DNA from: Octopus sinensis
Taxonomy: Eukaryota
DNA length: 64,000 bases
Assembly: GCF_006345805.1 (NCBI RefSeq)
Contig: NC_043007.1
Location: 8,122,001-8,186,000, forward strand
Direction: 5' to 3'
This document shows positions 26,520-38,662 of this stretch, in pieces; position 1 is the first letter of the stretch; each line of letters begins with the position of its first letter. The translations under genes and the position numbers were made by a program. A model generated the notes under the pieces. That model was not told the DNA's origin, searched no databases, and was given only the letters and a program-made list of their open reading frames with translations.

Positions 26520-26760
26520 TGCCAGTAGCAACAGTTTTTGTTTCAACTCCACAACCCTGCTCTGCAGCTGGACTCATTTGTGAACCCTCTGCATCCCATC
26601 TCTGTGGGAACACACCTTGTAACACTTTGTTTTGACATAATTCCACCAGCTTAGAATATTTCCATCTCTTCCTCCCAAATGCCTCTGTGGTATGGTTTCC
26701 CCACAAAAGGCAGAGTTTCCTGTATTTCAGAAACACAAGGTGAATTTTTGTCTTGTGCAT
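26520..26760 (-). mobile_element. Relic of a HERO-like (restriction-like endonuclease) non-LTR retrotransposon C-terminus
   Basis: Two shifted frames give EAFGRKRWKYSKLVELC and RCVPTEMGCRGF, matching the EA.ERK..KY..LV..C / P.EVGCRGF RLE end. Confidence 0.6.
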
Positions 26761-27768
26761 GGCAGAGTTTGTTCTTTGCCAAACTATACTTGAAAGTTAA
26801 GAACCCCTCAGAATCACAAAACCATGAAATATTTGTCAAATATACAATGTTACTTTTGTTTATAAATTTCAAGTTGTTGTTGTTGAGCTCCTGGTCAGAT
26901 CTGATCATGCAGGCTTACGATCAAAGCCATTCCAACCATGACCAAGCTGTCTTAAACCTCTTCAAATTGCCCACCTTCACCCTCACCTCATCCAAGACTG
27001 CTCCTGGTTTTGATGTACAAACTTTTTTCGTTTTAAAAAGATCTCAAGCAAAAACCTATCAAAATTTCATCTTAGATCCCAGTTTATTTTACTAAATTCT
27101 TCACTATTTTCAAAATTTTCACCCAAGTAGGCCATGGGGCTGCTGGTGGTGGATTTGATCTCAGAATGCAAAGAACCAGAGCAAGTATCACAAGGCATCA
27201 CTAATCCAAGGCTTTGGATTGATACTTATTTATTGACACCCCAAGGATAAATAACATTGTTGACCCTGGTAAAATCTGAACTCAGATCACAGAGAATTCG
27301 AACAAATACTGTGAGATATTCTATCCAATGCTCCAACAACTCTGCTAATTTGCTGCTCATAAGTAAAATATCATGCTTAATTACTGAACAGGGTGCATAG
27401 CTTGGAGATCAGGGTGTCTCTCTGGGTCAGGCCACTACTTCTCTGCTTTGAGCAGTCTCAGCTCTGGCATTACAGACTTGTGATTAGAATGTTACCGGAA
27501 AGAATCAGCAGACAGATTCTTTAAGCTGAGCTAATCAAGAACAAAATAATTGGAGAATATGCTTAGTTTGGTCACACTTAGGAATTCCATCTGGAAAGTC
27601 TAAGGATGGTTGCTTCTGATAGGACCCTATGAAACCATTTCCTAGGGACTGTATTCCCACAACCCTTCCAGGGATAGTCAACAGAAAAGATAAATGAATG
27701 GAATTAAGAAATAACTAGGCAATTAATTCAATTCCCTGATGATTTAATTTCTGTTTGTTTCCTCACAG

Positions 27769-28046
27769 ATGTTGTTGATTTGATTGGATTTTTGCAACAA
27801 TCAGAAAATTATTTTGAAAATCAGCCGGATATGAAGAAAGATCTCTATCAGCTCTCAGTTTTATTCCACAACCCACGATTCCAGACAGCTGTGAAGATAC
27901 ACAATAAAGTCATTGCTTCTTCCAGTTGCAAATCTGTCTCAAATGCATCGTATCAACACCTTCTGAGGATCTTGGATTTGAGGGATCATTGTACAGACAC
28001 TACCTGTATAGAACTCTTCAACATCATAAACGAACCAAATTTTCAG
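27769..28046 (+). CDS. MPP5: MPP5 exon: L27N and start of L27C (278 nt, phase 1/0)
   Basis: cctcacag| acceptor, CAG|gtaagc donor. VVDLIGFLQ...FHNPRFQTAVKIHNKV...ELFNIINEPNFQ matches the tandem L27 pattern; phase fits the preceding exon. Confidence 0.9.
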
Positions 28047-28114
28047 GTAAGCAATTTCTTCTGGGAATATGGAAAACCATTAAATTTATAAAAAGAAATT
28101 TATTGAATTAAAAA

Positions 28115-28406
28115 GAACGCCCTGATGGGATAACCTTCTTCTCTTTTGAAGGAAACGGATCTCTAGTCAGGGACATGACATGCAGCAATGTGGTCTCTGG
28201 CTCCAATCTTGCAGCTTCTGCTGCCAAAACCTTGTATTGCTGCCTGTAATGCAGAGGAGAGAAAGATCGATAAATACGGCAACCTGATTGACCGCTATTA
28301 TTTTGTGCTGGTCACTGTTGAGACCTCGGGTGTTCTAGGACCCCACACTACTGATTTCCTCTGCAAAGTAGGGATAACAGTGGCCCATCGGAGAAATGAG
28401 CCCTGA
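28115..28406 (+). mobile_element. Relic of a CRE-like RLE retrotransposon endonuclease
   Basis: ERPDGITFFSFEGNGSLVRDMTC, then one frameshift, then AACNAEERKIDKYGNLIDRYYFVLVTVETSGVLGP: the RPD...D.T...AE..K..KY...ET.G pattern. Confidence 0.65.
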
Positions 28407-28739
28407 AAGATGGAGTGGTTGTTACATCCCATTTATTCTGGGATATGTAGCCTATTGCCCCCACCTCTTCAACTCTCTTCCACTACTTTACCCTCCCCCT
28501 TTTTCTTTTTTTTTCCTTTTCTCATTTTGCTTTCTTCTTTCTTTGTATTTGAATGTTCTCATAAAATATGTTATATGACTACAAAAATGTAGACATACTG
28601 CAAAGAAGAATTTAAAGAAATGAACATTCTGTTCACTAAATTCTAATTAGACAATCAATTATAAGAAAACACAAATGAGATGATATCTAGTTCCATGTAC
28701 TTCTACATATACACATTTGTATGGATACATATAAATAAA

Positions 28740-29150
28740 GGCGGCAGGCTGCCAGAAACGTTAGCACGCCGGACGAAATGCGTAGCCATATTTTGTCTGC
28801 CGTTACGTTCTGAGTTCAAATTCCGCCGAGGTCAACTTTGCCTTTCATCCTTTCGGGGTCGATAAATTAAGTACCAGTTACGCACTGGGGTCGATGTAAT
28901 CGACTTAATACCTATGTCTGTCCTTGTTTGTCCCCGCTGTGGTTAGCCCCTTGTGGGTAGTAAAGAAACAGGTATTTCATCTGCCGTTACGTTCTGAGTT
29001 CAAATTCTGTCGAGGTTGACTTTGCCTTTCATCCTTTTGGGGTCGATTAAATAAGTATCAGTTACACACTGGGGTTAATCTAATCGACTTAATTCTTTTA
29101 TCTGTCTTTGTTTGTCCCCTCTGTTTAGCCCCCCTCCCCCCGTGGGAATA
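28740..29150 (+). mobile_element. tRNA-derived SINE family A, young copy with tandem-duplicated body
   Basis: ggcagaaacgttagcacg A-box region, gttcaaattc B-box, core tttgcctttcatcctttcggggtcgataaattaagtaccag (Meta-domain-like, inferred); CpGs largely retained. Many older copies, e.g. 3798-4120, 4985-5585, 11235-11458, 19014-19505, 21310-21520(-), 26146-26340(-), 35400-35800(-), 36240-36390(-), 44245-44430, 62220-62360. Confidence 0.85.
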
Positions 29151-30202
29151 AAGAAATGTATGTGTATATATATATATATGTGTGTGTGTGTGTGCATTAA
29201 GACTACATACATACATACATACATCATTAGTAACTCATAAATCCAGAAGAGAAGTGCACTCTAAGATATAGAGCAGTAGAGTATTTAGATAAAGATAGTA
29301 ATGACCAGTTCATAGGGTTACTCGGGGTTAAGGTTTATGCGTCCATAAAGCATTTGGCTTTAGGCTTTAGGGTCTCATGAGACGTGTATAAAGCTAAGTG
29401 CTTTACAGATGTGAAACCCTGGGTAACTCTATGGACTGGCCATAACTATCTAAATTGGATGATTTGTGTTTGTCACTGATATATTTCTGAGCTTTTTAAC
29501 ACTATACATTTATAAGAGATGCTATCTTGGTATGAGTTTATAAGGCTTTCAGTGGTGTATCTGCTTTAAGTATGATATATATATATATATATACATATAT
29601 ATATGCATATATATATATATATGTATGTGTGTGTGTATAGCAGGTTTCTTTCAGTTTCTGTCTCTCAAATCCCTACTCACACATGCACTAACATTTACTA
29701 TGGGATATACCCAAGGATTTTAGCTATCACTACATTGATAATTTAATTAGATTAAATGAATTAAATACAGAAATAAATTAATTTGTTTAATGCATGAGAC
29801 AGCTATAAAGATATTCATGTATATTATACAACCTCATTGGCATAATAAACCTTTTTAACTGTCTCATGTGTCTAATAAATTAATCTAATTTAATTAATTT
29901 ATAAATATAGTTATAGCTAAAACACAGCAACAGCTAAAATCTTTCAGTGGATCACATATAATCATCATCTTTATTCTAACGTCCACTTTTCCATGCTTGC
30001 ATGGATCTGACAAAATTTGCTGGGACAGATTTTCCAACTAAAGTAAGATTTAACCTTGGCCAGACATGTTTTTCAAAAAAACCGGAAACAAACAGTGTTG
30101 CATGTATGAAGGTGAGGCTTGTTTACAAATCTCATATGATGTTAAGACACGAGCACACACTAACACATTCATGCCTGGACATACACATACACAATGCACA
30201 TA

Positions 30203-30629
30203 CAGTAATCCCTTGACTGCTGTGGGTGTTATGTTCCAAAACCTCTGCAAAAGGTGAAAATCTGTGAAATGGAAATAGTACTGAATATATTTTTCATCAT
30301 TTCGTAATTTGTATATCTTTAATTTTGTTATAATTGCAAAAGGATTCTTTGTTTACTCATCTATGGTACTCTACATATTTTCTTTTAATATTTTCTAATT
30401 AAGATGTTATACAGTGCAGTGCTGTGCTCTATTTTTATTAATTAATTTATCAATTTTTAGGTGTGAAAATGCTTATTTTACCATAGAAATAATTAAAATC
30501 TACATATCGGCCGCAGAAACCCGTGATATACTGAGGAGTCTGTGATATAAATTTACATCTATTATCCAGAAAAGTCTGCAACATACTGAGTGTGTGATGG
30601 GTGAATCGCGATATGGCAAGGTGTTACTG
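30203..30629. mobile_element. Tigger/pogo-type MITE
   Basis: TA-CAGTAATCCCTTG ... CAAGGTGTTACTG-TA. Confidence 0.65.
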
Positions 30630-30812
30630 TACTTATATATAATATATGCATGTACAACAGGCTTCTTTCAGTTTCTCTTTACCATTCACAAGACTTTAGT
30701 TGGCCTGGAGCTATAATAGAAAGCACTTGCCTGGGGTGTTGTGCAATGGAACTGAACCAGAAACCACGGAGTTAGGGAACACTTTTCTTAACAATACAAC
30801 TATGCATGTACT

Positions 30813-30844
<32 letters not shown>

Positions 30845-31106
30845 ATATATATACATATATATGTACATACATTTATTCATACACACACGTGTGTGCACAT
30901 ATATATATATATATATTCATACACACACATGCTTAAGTAATTAAATATTCTCTTTAGGCCAGCTAACAACCAATGTCAGTTGAATGTCTTAATATGCATC
31001 TTGTTTCACACTTCTCCCACCTAATCCTTCCCTTCCCTATTGTGTATATTAACCCACACCTCTTGACCTCAGTGTCTCCCTCCCTTCCATTGACTGTTAT
31101 AGTTCA

Positions 31107-32217
31107 GGTATGTATATCTCTATATATAAAACTGAAATGAGTTTTTACCGCTTGGTTCGCTTTCAATGCCACTACGTCCCGTCCGATTCGCTCCAAAATT
31201 TACAGGGACATGTAGAATGAGGTGACGATGCCCATGGGCTACCTTACAAATCCCTAGCTTAAAAGGTGTGGTTGCTAGGGGCCATCTTCCTCACTCACGC
31301 TATTTCCTCCATTCACCCTCTCACTCCCGTTATTTAATGTAAAGTCTTCCTCAAATCACTCTCTCGCTATTTCCTCTCTTCCAAGAACATTTTCACCCAC
31401 TCTATCTCTTAGCTTCCCATACATTTTACTCATGTATCTGTATGCGTTCATAGACAGAAACAAATATTCCATCGCATCGCATTCTATTGTCTACCTGTCA
31501 ACACACACACACATACACATACACACACATATATACATATATCTAATATTATATTTTTATGTTTTTGTTTTTTTACTGTTTTATTTGCCTATTAGTGGTT
31601 TTATCTCTAATTTAATTTCTACAGTGTGCACACACATACACACCTATATGTGGCCCCAGTAGACCCGAATGAAATCGGGTTCTATTCATCAAAATGTGAA
31701 AAGGGGTCTAGAATTATCATTGCCACAACTTATGTATATGTCTTCCTCACTCACTCACTCACTCTTTTTCCTAATGATAATTATCATCGCCACGACCACG
31801 ACCACCAACACACAATCATGACAATCTTTCTCTTAAAAAAAATCATGTTTACATTGCAAAATATTTCATTTTCCCGTCCTCTCTTTCATATATCATCTTC
31901 TTTCTCGAGCTCTCTCTTTTTTCGCCGTCAGCCTCCAGTCTGATCTGGCAGTGTTTCTACAGGTGGATGACCTTCCTAACGAAAACCACTCTGTGAGTGT
32001 AGTGGGTGCTTTTTTCGTGCCGCCAGCACAGGTGCCAGGGGGGGCTCGCAGCGGCAACGATCGGTTGGTGCTTTATACGTGCCACTGGCACAGAAGCCAG
32101 TCAAGGCGGCGCTGCAATCGGCCACATTCGGATGGTGCTTTTTACATGCTGAAAGGAAGCAACAGAAAGTAACAACCACACTCTTACCCGCACGTAGAGC
32201 GGGTCACCTTCAGCTAA
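31107..32217 (+). mobile_element. Non-autonomous Helitron copy 1
   Basis: A|TC 5' end (tctctatatataaaactg), 3' hairpin ACCCGC-7nt-GCGGGT (32186-32204), then CTAA|T (CTRR variant). Confidence 0.75.
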
Positions 32218-32239
32218 TATTTATATATATATTATAATA

Positions 32240-32309
<70 letters not shown>

Positions 32310-32373
32310 GTATATGTATATATGAACATTTATTTATGACTACACGCACACACAGGTATGTGTGTTCATATAT

Positions 32374-32415
<42 letters not shown>

Positions 32416-32439
32416 CATGCATATATCTCTATATATAAA

Positions 32440-33237
32440 TCTCTATATATAAAACTGAAATGCATTTTTACCGCTTGGATAGCTTTCAATGCCACTAGGT
32501 CCCGTCCGATTCGCTCCAAAATTTACAGGGACATGTAGAATGAGGTGACGATGCTCGTGGGCTACCTTAGAAATCCCTATCTTAAAAGGTGTGGTTGCTA
32601 GGGGCCATCTTCCTCACTCACGCTATTTCCTCCTTTCCCTCTCTTATTCCCCTCCATTTATAACTTTGAGAAGTCCACTACCGTTATTTAAAGTATCTGT
32701 CACTCTCGCTATTTCCTCTCTTTTTCACTGACTCTGTTTCCTATGTTCCCATCACTTCGGCGGCGTTCTTTTAAGTATCTGTCTGTCACCAACAACACAC
32801 GAGCATGAGAACAAATATTATGAATCAGATATTCTTGCGTTCATTTATATGTGTGTGTGTGTGTGTTCTATATATAAATATGTATATATAATGTATGTGT
32901 GTGTGGGTGTGTGTGTGTTCTATATATAATGTATATATACAAAATGTATATATCTGTATTTATGTATATTAAACTTTTTCATACTTTTTCATAGTTATAT
33001 ATATTTTTAAACAAATTATAAATATAATTTAACAATTCTTATTTTCAATTTAAATAATTTAAATTTTTCTATTTTATATTTTATATATTTTCTATATTAT
33101 ATTTTTTTTATGTTTTTGTTTTTGGTTTTTCACTGTTTGATTTGCCTATTAGTGGTTTTATCTCTAATTTAATTTATACAGATATATATCTCATTTGTAT
33201 ACATTTGTATATATAATGCATGCACACACACACACAC

Positions 33238-33268
<31 letters not shown>

Positions 33269-35118
33269 ATGTGTGCATTACGTAGTCGGTCGATTCACCT
33301 GAAAATATGCACACCTATGTTAAAAGTGCTGGCAAGTTTGCATGACAACTATTTTTTTCCTCAAATGAAAGGCATCACCTCTAGAACAAAATTCCTCATC
33401 TTATGAAATGTGGCCCCAGTAGACCCGAATGAAATCGGGTTATATTAACCAAAATGTGAAAAGGGGTCTAAATGGGGCTGGAAGAGGATTAAAATTTCAA
33501 GGAGCGGGTGTTTAGGAATTCTGTTACATCAAGCTAAAAAATTTGCGCCAGCCTTTTAATCGTCAATGTGTTGCCGTCCATGATAAAGAAGTTTTGAATG
33601 CTTGCCATGGTGAGTCTAAGGTCGTGAGAAAGAATCACTTCAAAACTTGGTGTTTACGAATTTTCTTTGGGCCCCATTGAGGCAATGGCGAAGGACCGAG
33701 ATCTCTGGAGATGTGCTGTGACTACTAAGACCCGGGATGCTTCCGGCACCAGTTCCGCATACCCCCTGCCCATTCAAAGTACCTTGGATCCTGGAACATC
33801 TCGCTGTGCTTGAGGAGACCTGTTGAGTCAAGTGCATGTACATGAACATCGAACCAAATATCAATGGAAACATAGTTGTGATACCTGTGCCGGTGGCACA
33901 TAAAAAGCACCATCCGAACGTGGCCGTTGCCAGTGCCGCCTCGACTGGCTTCTGTGCCAGTGGCACATAAAATGCACCATCTGAACGTGACCAATGCCAA
34001 CCCCGCCTTGAATGGCTTCTGTGCCGGTGGCACATAAAAAGCACCATCCGAACATGGCCAATGCCAGCCCTGCCTCGACTGGCTTCTGTGCTGGTGGCAC
34101 ATAAAAAGCACCAACCAATCGTGGATGGTGCCAGACCCCTCTGGCACCTGTGCAGGTGGCACGTAAAAAGCACCCACTACACTCGCGGAGTGGTTGGCGT
34201 TAGGAAGGGCATCCAGCTGTAGAAACACTGCCAGATCAGACTGGAGCCTGGAGCAGCCCCTGGCTCCCCAGACCCCGGTCGAACCGTCCAACCCGTGCTA
34301 GTGCGGAAAACGGACGTTAAACGATGATGATGATGATGATGATCAAGTTCAAAATTTTACGCCAGCCGTTAAACTGTCAATACGTTGTTGTTCGTCGTTA
34401 AGAAATGCCAGCCATGGTGACTCTACTATCCTCAGATTCTATCCCTTCAAACTTTGGTTTCCAATATTTTATTATTTTTATTCAGCTCGCAAGTTCGTCT
34501 GTCCCTTTTAAATGTTAGCGTTTTGATGTCTGCCTTGAAGCAGACCTTTCCATTGCCACTGCCTGATATTTATGATTGATCTTTCTAAATATTTTATTTC
34601 TCAACTTACTCAAGATCTTCTGTTGTTTATAAATGGGAGAGAGATAGATAAATATAGAGAGTAAGAGAAAGCGAAGGAGAGTCCGAGAGAAAAGAAAAGT
34701 AAGAGAGTGGGAAAGTGAGAGAGAAAGGAGAGAGAAACAAAGACGGAGAATCATCATCATCATCATCGTTTAACGTCCGTTTTCCGTGCTAGCACGGGTT
34801 GGACAGTGTGACCGGGGTCTTGGAAGCCAGGAGGCTGCACCAGGCTCCAGTCTGATCTGGCAGTGTTTCTACAGGTGGATGACCTTCCTAACGCCAACCA
34901 CTCTGTGAGTGTAGTGGGTGCTTTTTTCGTGCCGCCGGCACAGGTGCCAGGGGGGCTCGCAGAGGCAACGATCAGTTGGTGCTTTTTACGTGCCACCAGC
35001 ACAGAAGCAAGTCAAGGCGGCGCTGCAATCGGCCATGTTTGGATGGTGCTTTTTACGTGCTGAAAGGAAGCAACAACCACACTCTTACCCGCGCGTAGAG
35101 CGGGTCACCTTCAGCTAG
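32440..35118 (+). mobile_element. Non-autonomous Helitron copy 2 (5' terminus duplicated at 32426/32440)
   Basis: Same 5' end as copy 1 over about 200 bp; hairpin ACCCGC-GCGTAGA-GCGGGT (35087-35105) followed by CTAG|T (35115-35119). Confidence 0.82.
33669..34343 (+). mobile_element. 5'-truncated RTE (different subfamily 3' UTR) nested inside Helitron copy 2
   Basis: EAMAKDRDLWRCAV matches the RTE ORF end; 67-bp tandem units; (GAT)n tail ending 34343. Confidence 0.85.
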
Positions 35119-35962
35119 TATATGTATAAATGTGTGTATGTGTATTTTGGGATGGTGTATGTTGGCTGAAGATGTAAACATTGGCAAGAAAATAAATGAC
35201 CAATACTCACAATATACCTTGTAATATTGGTTCTGCCTGTGTTGCACAACCACTCCCTTGTTACTCAGTGAACCAGTGATTGACCTATTAGAATTCTACA
35301 GCCAATCACACTATTGATCTGAAAATGCTATACAAAATAATTCCAACCAATCGAATATCTTACATTATATTGGATTCGTTTCTTCATCTTGGTTATTCTA
35401 TTGCAATTCCATTCTATTGACCCTGGCAGGATGAAAGACAAAGTTGACTTTGGTTGGATCCGAACTCAGTATTTAAAGGAACATAATTCAATATCACAAC
35501 ATTTTGTCTGCTACTCTTGAGGTTCTACAAATCCACTGATTTGTGCCCCACCTATAAATTTCTGGCTTTGCGCCAATGCAGATAATAATAATAATAATAA
35601 TGGTAATGATTCTTTCTGCTATAGGCACCAGGCCTGAAATTTGGGGGACCCTGTGCATAGCTGGTACTTATTTCATTGACCCTGAAAGGATAAAAGCAAA
35701 GCTGACCTTGGCAGAATTTGAACTCAGAACTTAAGGACAGACGAAATGCTGCTAAGCATTTTACCTGCTGCAAGAATGATTCTATCAGCTTGCTGCCTTT
35801 GTAAATAATAATAATAATCTTTTCTACTATAGGCATTTTTGTGGGAGGGGCTAGGCAATTTATATCGACCCCATTTAATAATAATAATAAATATGTTTAT
35901 CAATGTGTGTAGCAAGATTCTTGATGTGAAGTCAGGTGTTGAAATGGATATTGTTGTATTTC

Positions 35963-36207
35963 GGGATGGTCTTTTTTTTTTTTTTTTGGCCAAATAAACA
36001 CATGCACACGCTATATATTCGTTCTTCACTCATTTATTACTGTTCTTATTCTAACTCGTCTTCTTTAGAAATCTTTCGTCATGCCTGTGTGACCTCTTCA
36101 GCAACACTTTTCGTCTTCGTGTGTGCTCTTGCCCCACTTTACTTCAATCAAGTAAAGAATAAACATGGAGTGCATGTGTTTATTTGGCACAAAAAAAAGA
36201 CCATCCC
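35963..36207. repeat. Inverted-repeat (MITE-like) element, about 40-45-bp arms
   Basis: gggatggtc(t)nggccaaataaacacatgcac vs gtgcatgtgtttatttggcac(a)ngaccatccc. Confidence 0.8.
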
Positions 36208-36410
36208 AAAACACAAAAACAATAACAATGATTTCTAATTTTGGCACAAGGCCAGTAATTTCAAGGGAGGGGTTAAGTTGATTACATCAACCCCAGTGCT
36301 CAACAAGTTCTTATTTTACTGACCCCAAAAGGATGAAAGCCAAAGTTGACCTTAGTGGAATTTGAACTCCAAACGTAAAGATGGATGAGTCTGTGAGCTC
36401 AATGCTATAA

Positions 36411-36997
36411 CCCTTTAGCATTCAAACCAGCCATAGCTGACCAAAATATTTAGCTTGTTTTATGTTGAAACTGGCCAGATCCAGCTTCTCACCTTAACCC
36501 TACAATGTCATTCTAAAAATATACAACTGCATCATCGAAATGTCTAAACTACAAGATGATGCAGGATTAATTGAAAACAATGTAAACAAGAGCACTCAGA
36601 GAGGGCAGACCGCTGCCAACATCTTCTCAATGATTAGCCAGGGATGATTTTTAAAATGAGAATATCTGAAATAAACTCGACTTCTCTCACAAACGAGAAT
36701 ACTGAAAATGAACCCAACTGCTCTCTCAAAAATAAATTAAGTAAAAAAAATGGAAAAATAATCCAGAATCCTTGTCCGATACCAGATTGATCCCAAAATC
36801 TAATCAGTTCATGCCAGTCATGAGGCCAGGCATCCCCGAAAGTTTCATTTGAATCCATCCAGCGGTTCTTGAGATATCTTGTCCATGGACAAACAAGCAA
36901 ACAAACAAATGCAACTGAAAACAATACTTCTGCCTTTGCTAAGGCGGGGCTAATAAAGAAACCCTGCATTTGACAGAATAATCTCAGTACTAAAGGG
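36411..36997. mobile_element. piggyBac-type MITE interrupted by the HINE-like element
   Basis: ataa-CCCTTTAG ... CTAAAGGG-ttaa. Confidence 0.6.
36588..36955 (-). mobile_element. Helentron-associated (HINE/DINE-like) non-autonomous element
   Basis: 5' ttattagccccgccttagcaaaggcagaag subterminal hairpin, (tttg)n, 3' ggcagcggtctgccctctctgagtgctc; inserted in a T-run. Family assignment inferred from the termini. Confidence 0.55.
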
Positions 36998-38599
36998 TTA
37001 ATAACAGGACTGTGGAGTCAAAGCAAAAGACTTTGACTCCAACTCTGATTCCAACTCCTGTACTATTGGCTCCTCCAATTCTACATATCTCATAAAGCAT
37101 ATGCATACCACTTGTACTTTGAATAGGCCTATTTGTTATAATTGGTTTATATCAAAGACTAAAAATATTCTGAGTCAGAGTCAGTATAGTTTTACCAACT
37201 CCGACTACCCCTTAATTGTTTCTGACTCCAATTCGGACTCCACAGCTCTGGTTAATAATCATAAATGTTACTACTGTAACTATTATTATGATTAAGGCTG
37301 ACAGTTTGGCAAAAATCAGTGGAGCATCAAGGGGGAAAGAAAATGCTTTGCTGTATTTGTTCTGATTCTTTAGATTCTCAGTTGAAACTGCACCAAAGTC
37401 ATCTTTGCCTTTTGTCTCTCTAGGATCAAAAAGAAAAAGTACCAGTTAAATACTGGGGCCAACAGCTTCAACTAACCCTCTCCCTCAAAATTTCAAGCCT
37501 TGTGCCTTTCTAAGAATCATCATCTCTTTTATTCTACCTGTTTCAATTATTCGACTGTGGCCATGCTGGGGCATTGTCTTGAACAAATCAACTCCAATAT
37601 TTATTCTTCAGTCTGGTACTTAGTCTATTGGTCTGTTTCGCTGAACCACTAAGTTAGAAGGACGTAAACAAACTAACACCAGTTCTCAAGCAATGCTGGG
37701 AGACAAACATACACATATATACAATGGGCTTCTTTCAGTTTCCATCCACCAGATTCACACAGAAGGCTTTGGTCAGCCTGGGGCTACAGTAGAAGACACT
37801 TGCCCGAGGTGTTGCAGAGTGGGACTGAACTCAAGACCACAGGGTTGGGAAGCAAGCTTAGTTTATTAATCCGCCGCCCCCCCCCCTCCATTGCTATTCT
37901 TATTTATTCACCCTTCACCATGTTACCATAAATAATATCTCCACTTTATACAATCTACAGAAACTTGTAGTTTTTATTTTTTACAACTTTTGTTGTCTTT
38001 TTTTATATTATTTTTGGAACAACATCATTTGTATTAAGAGAGGGAGAGGGGGGAAGGATTGGAGGGAGAGGAGGGGAGTGCTGTTTTCCTCTATTTCTGC
38101 TTTTTCCTAACCCTTTCATATCAACATTCCGCTAATAGAAGAACCATTTGGTAAGCTCTTGTAAATGTTCCAATCAGTATGTTGACCGTTTCATGTCAAC
38201 AGATGTTGGAAGCTGTGGACGGTGATGGGGAGGGGGGGCGCAAGGCTGGCTTAGTTGTGAATCTCAGTCAACATGTTAAAGCTTTCAAGTCCTGAGAGAG
38301 AGAGCGAGGGAGAGGTGAAAGAGAGAGATGGGAGGGGGACACATGTAATGGAAATCACTATAGACTTCTCTATTTGCAAACGATTCTACTGTAAATGTGG
38401 CATTTATTATGAAAGGGTTAAATGTGAAATACTCATTAGATTTGCTATGCACAAGCACAGTGTGTGTGTGTGTGTGTGGTGAATTTTATTATGAACTCAT
38501 AACTAATGGTGGTTTGTGTTCAGCTGTCAACCATTCTACATCTTTTATTCACTGACGATGCTTTTGGCTATGGTATTGTAACCTTTGACCACACTCACT

Positions 38600-38662
<63 letters not shown>

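Noticed and set aside
33887-34175. CRISPR-like repeat-spacer appearance
   Set aside because: The spacers are homologous to one another, the context is a eukaryotic LINE 3' UTR, and there are no cas genes; it is a minisatellite.
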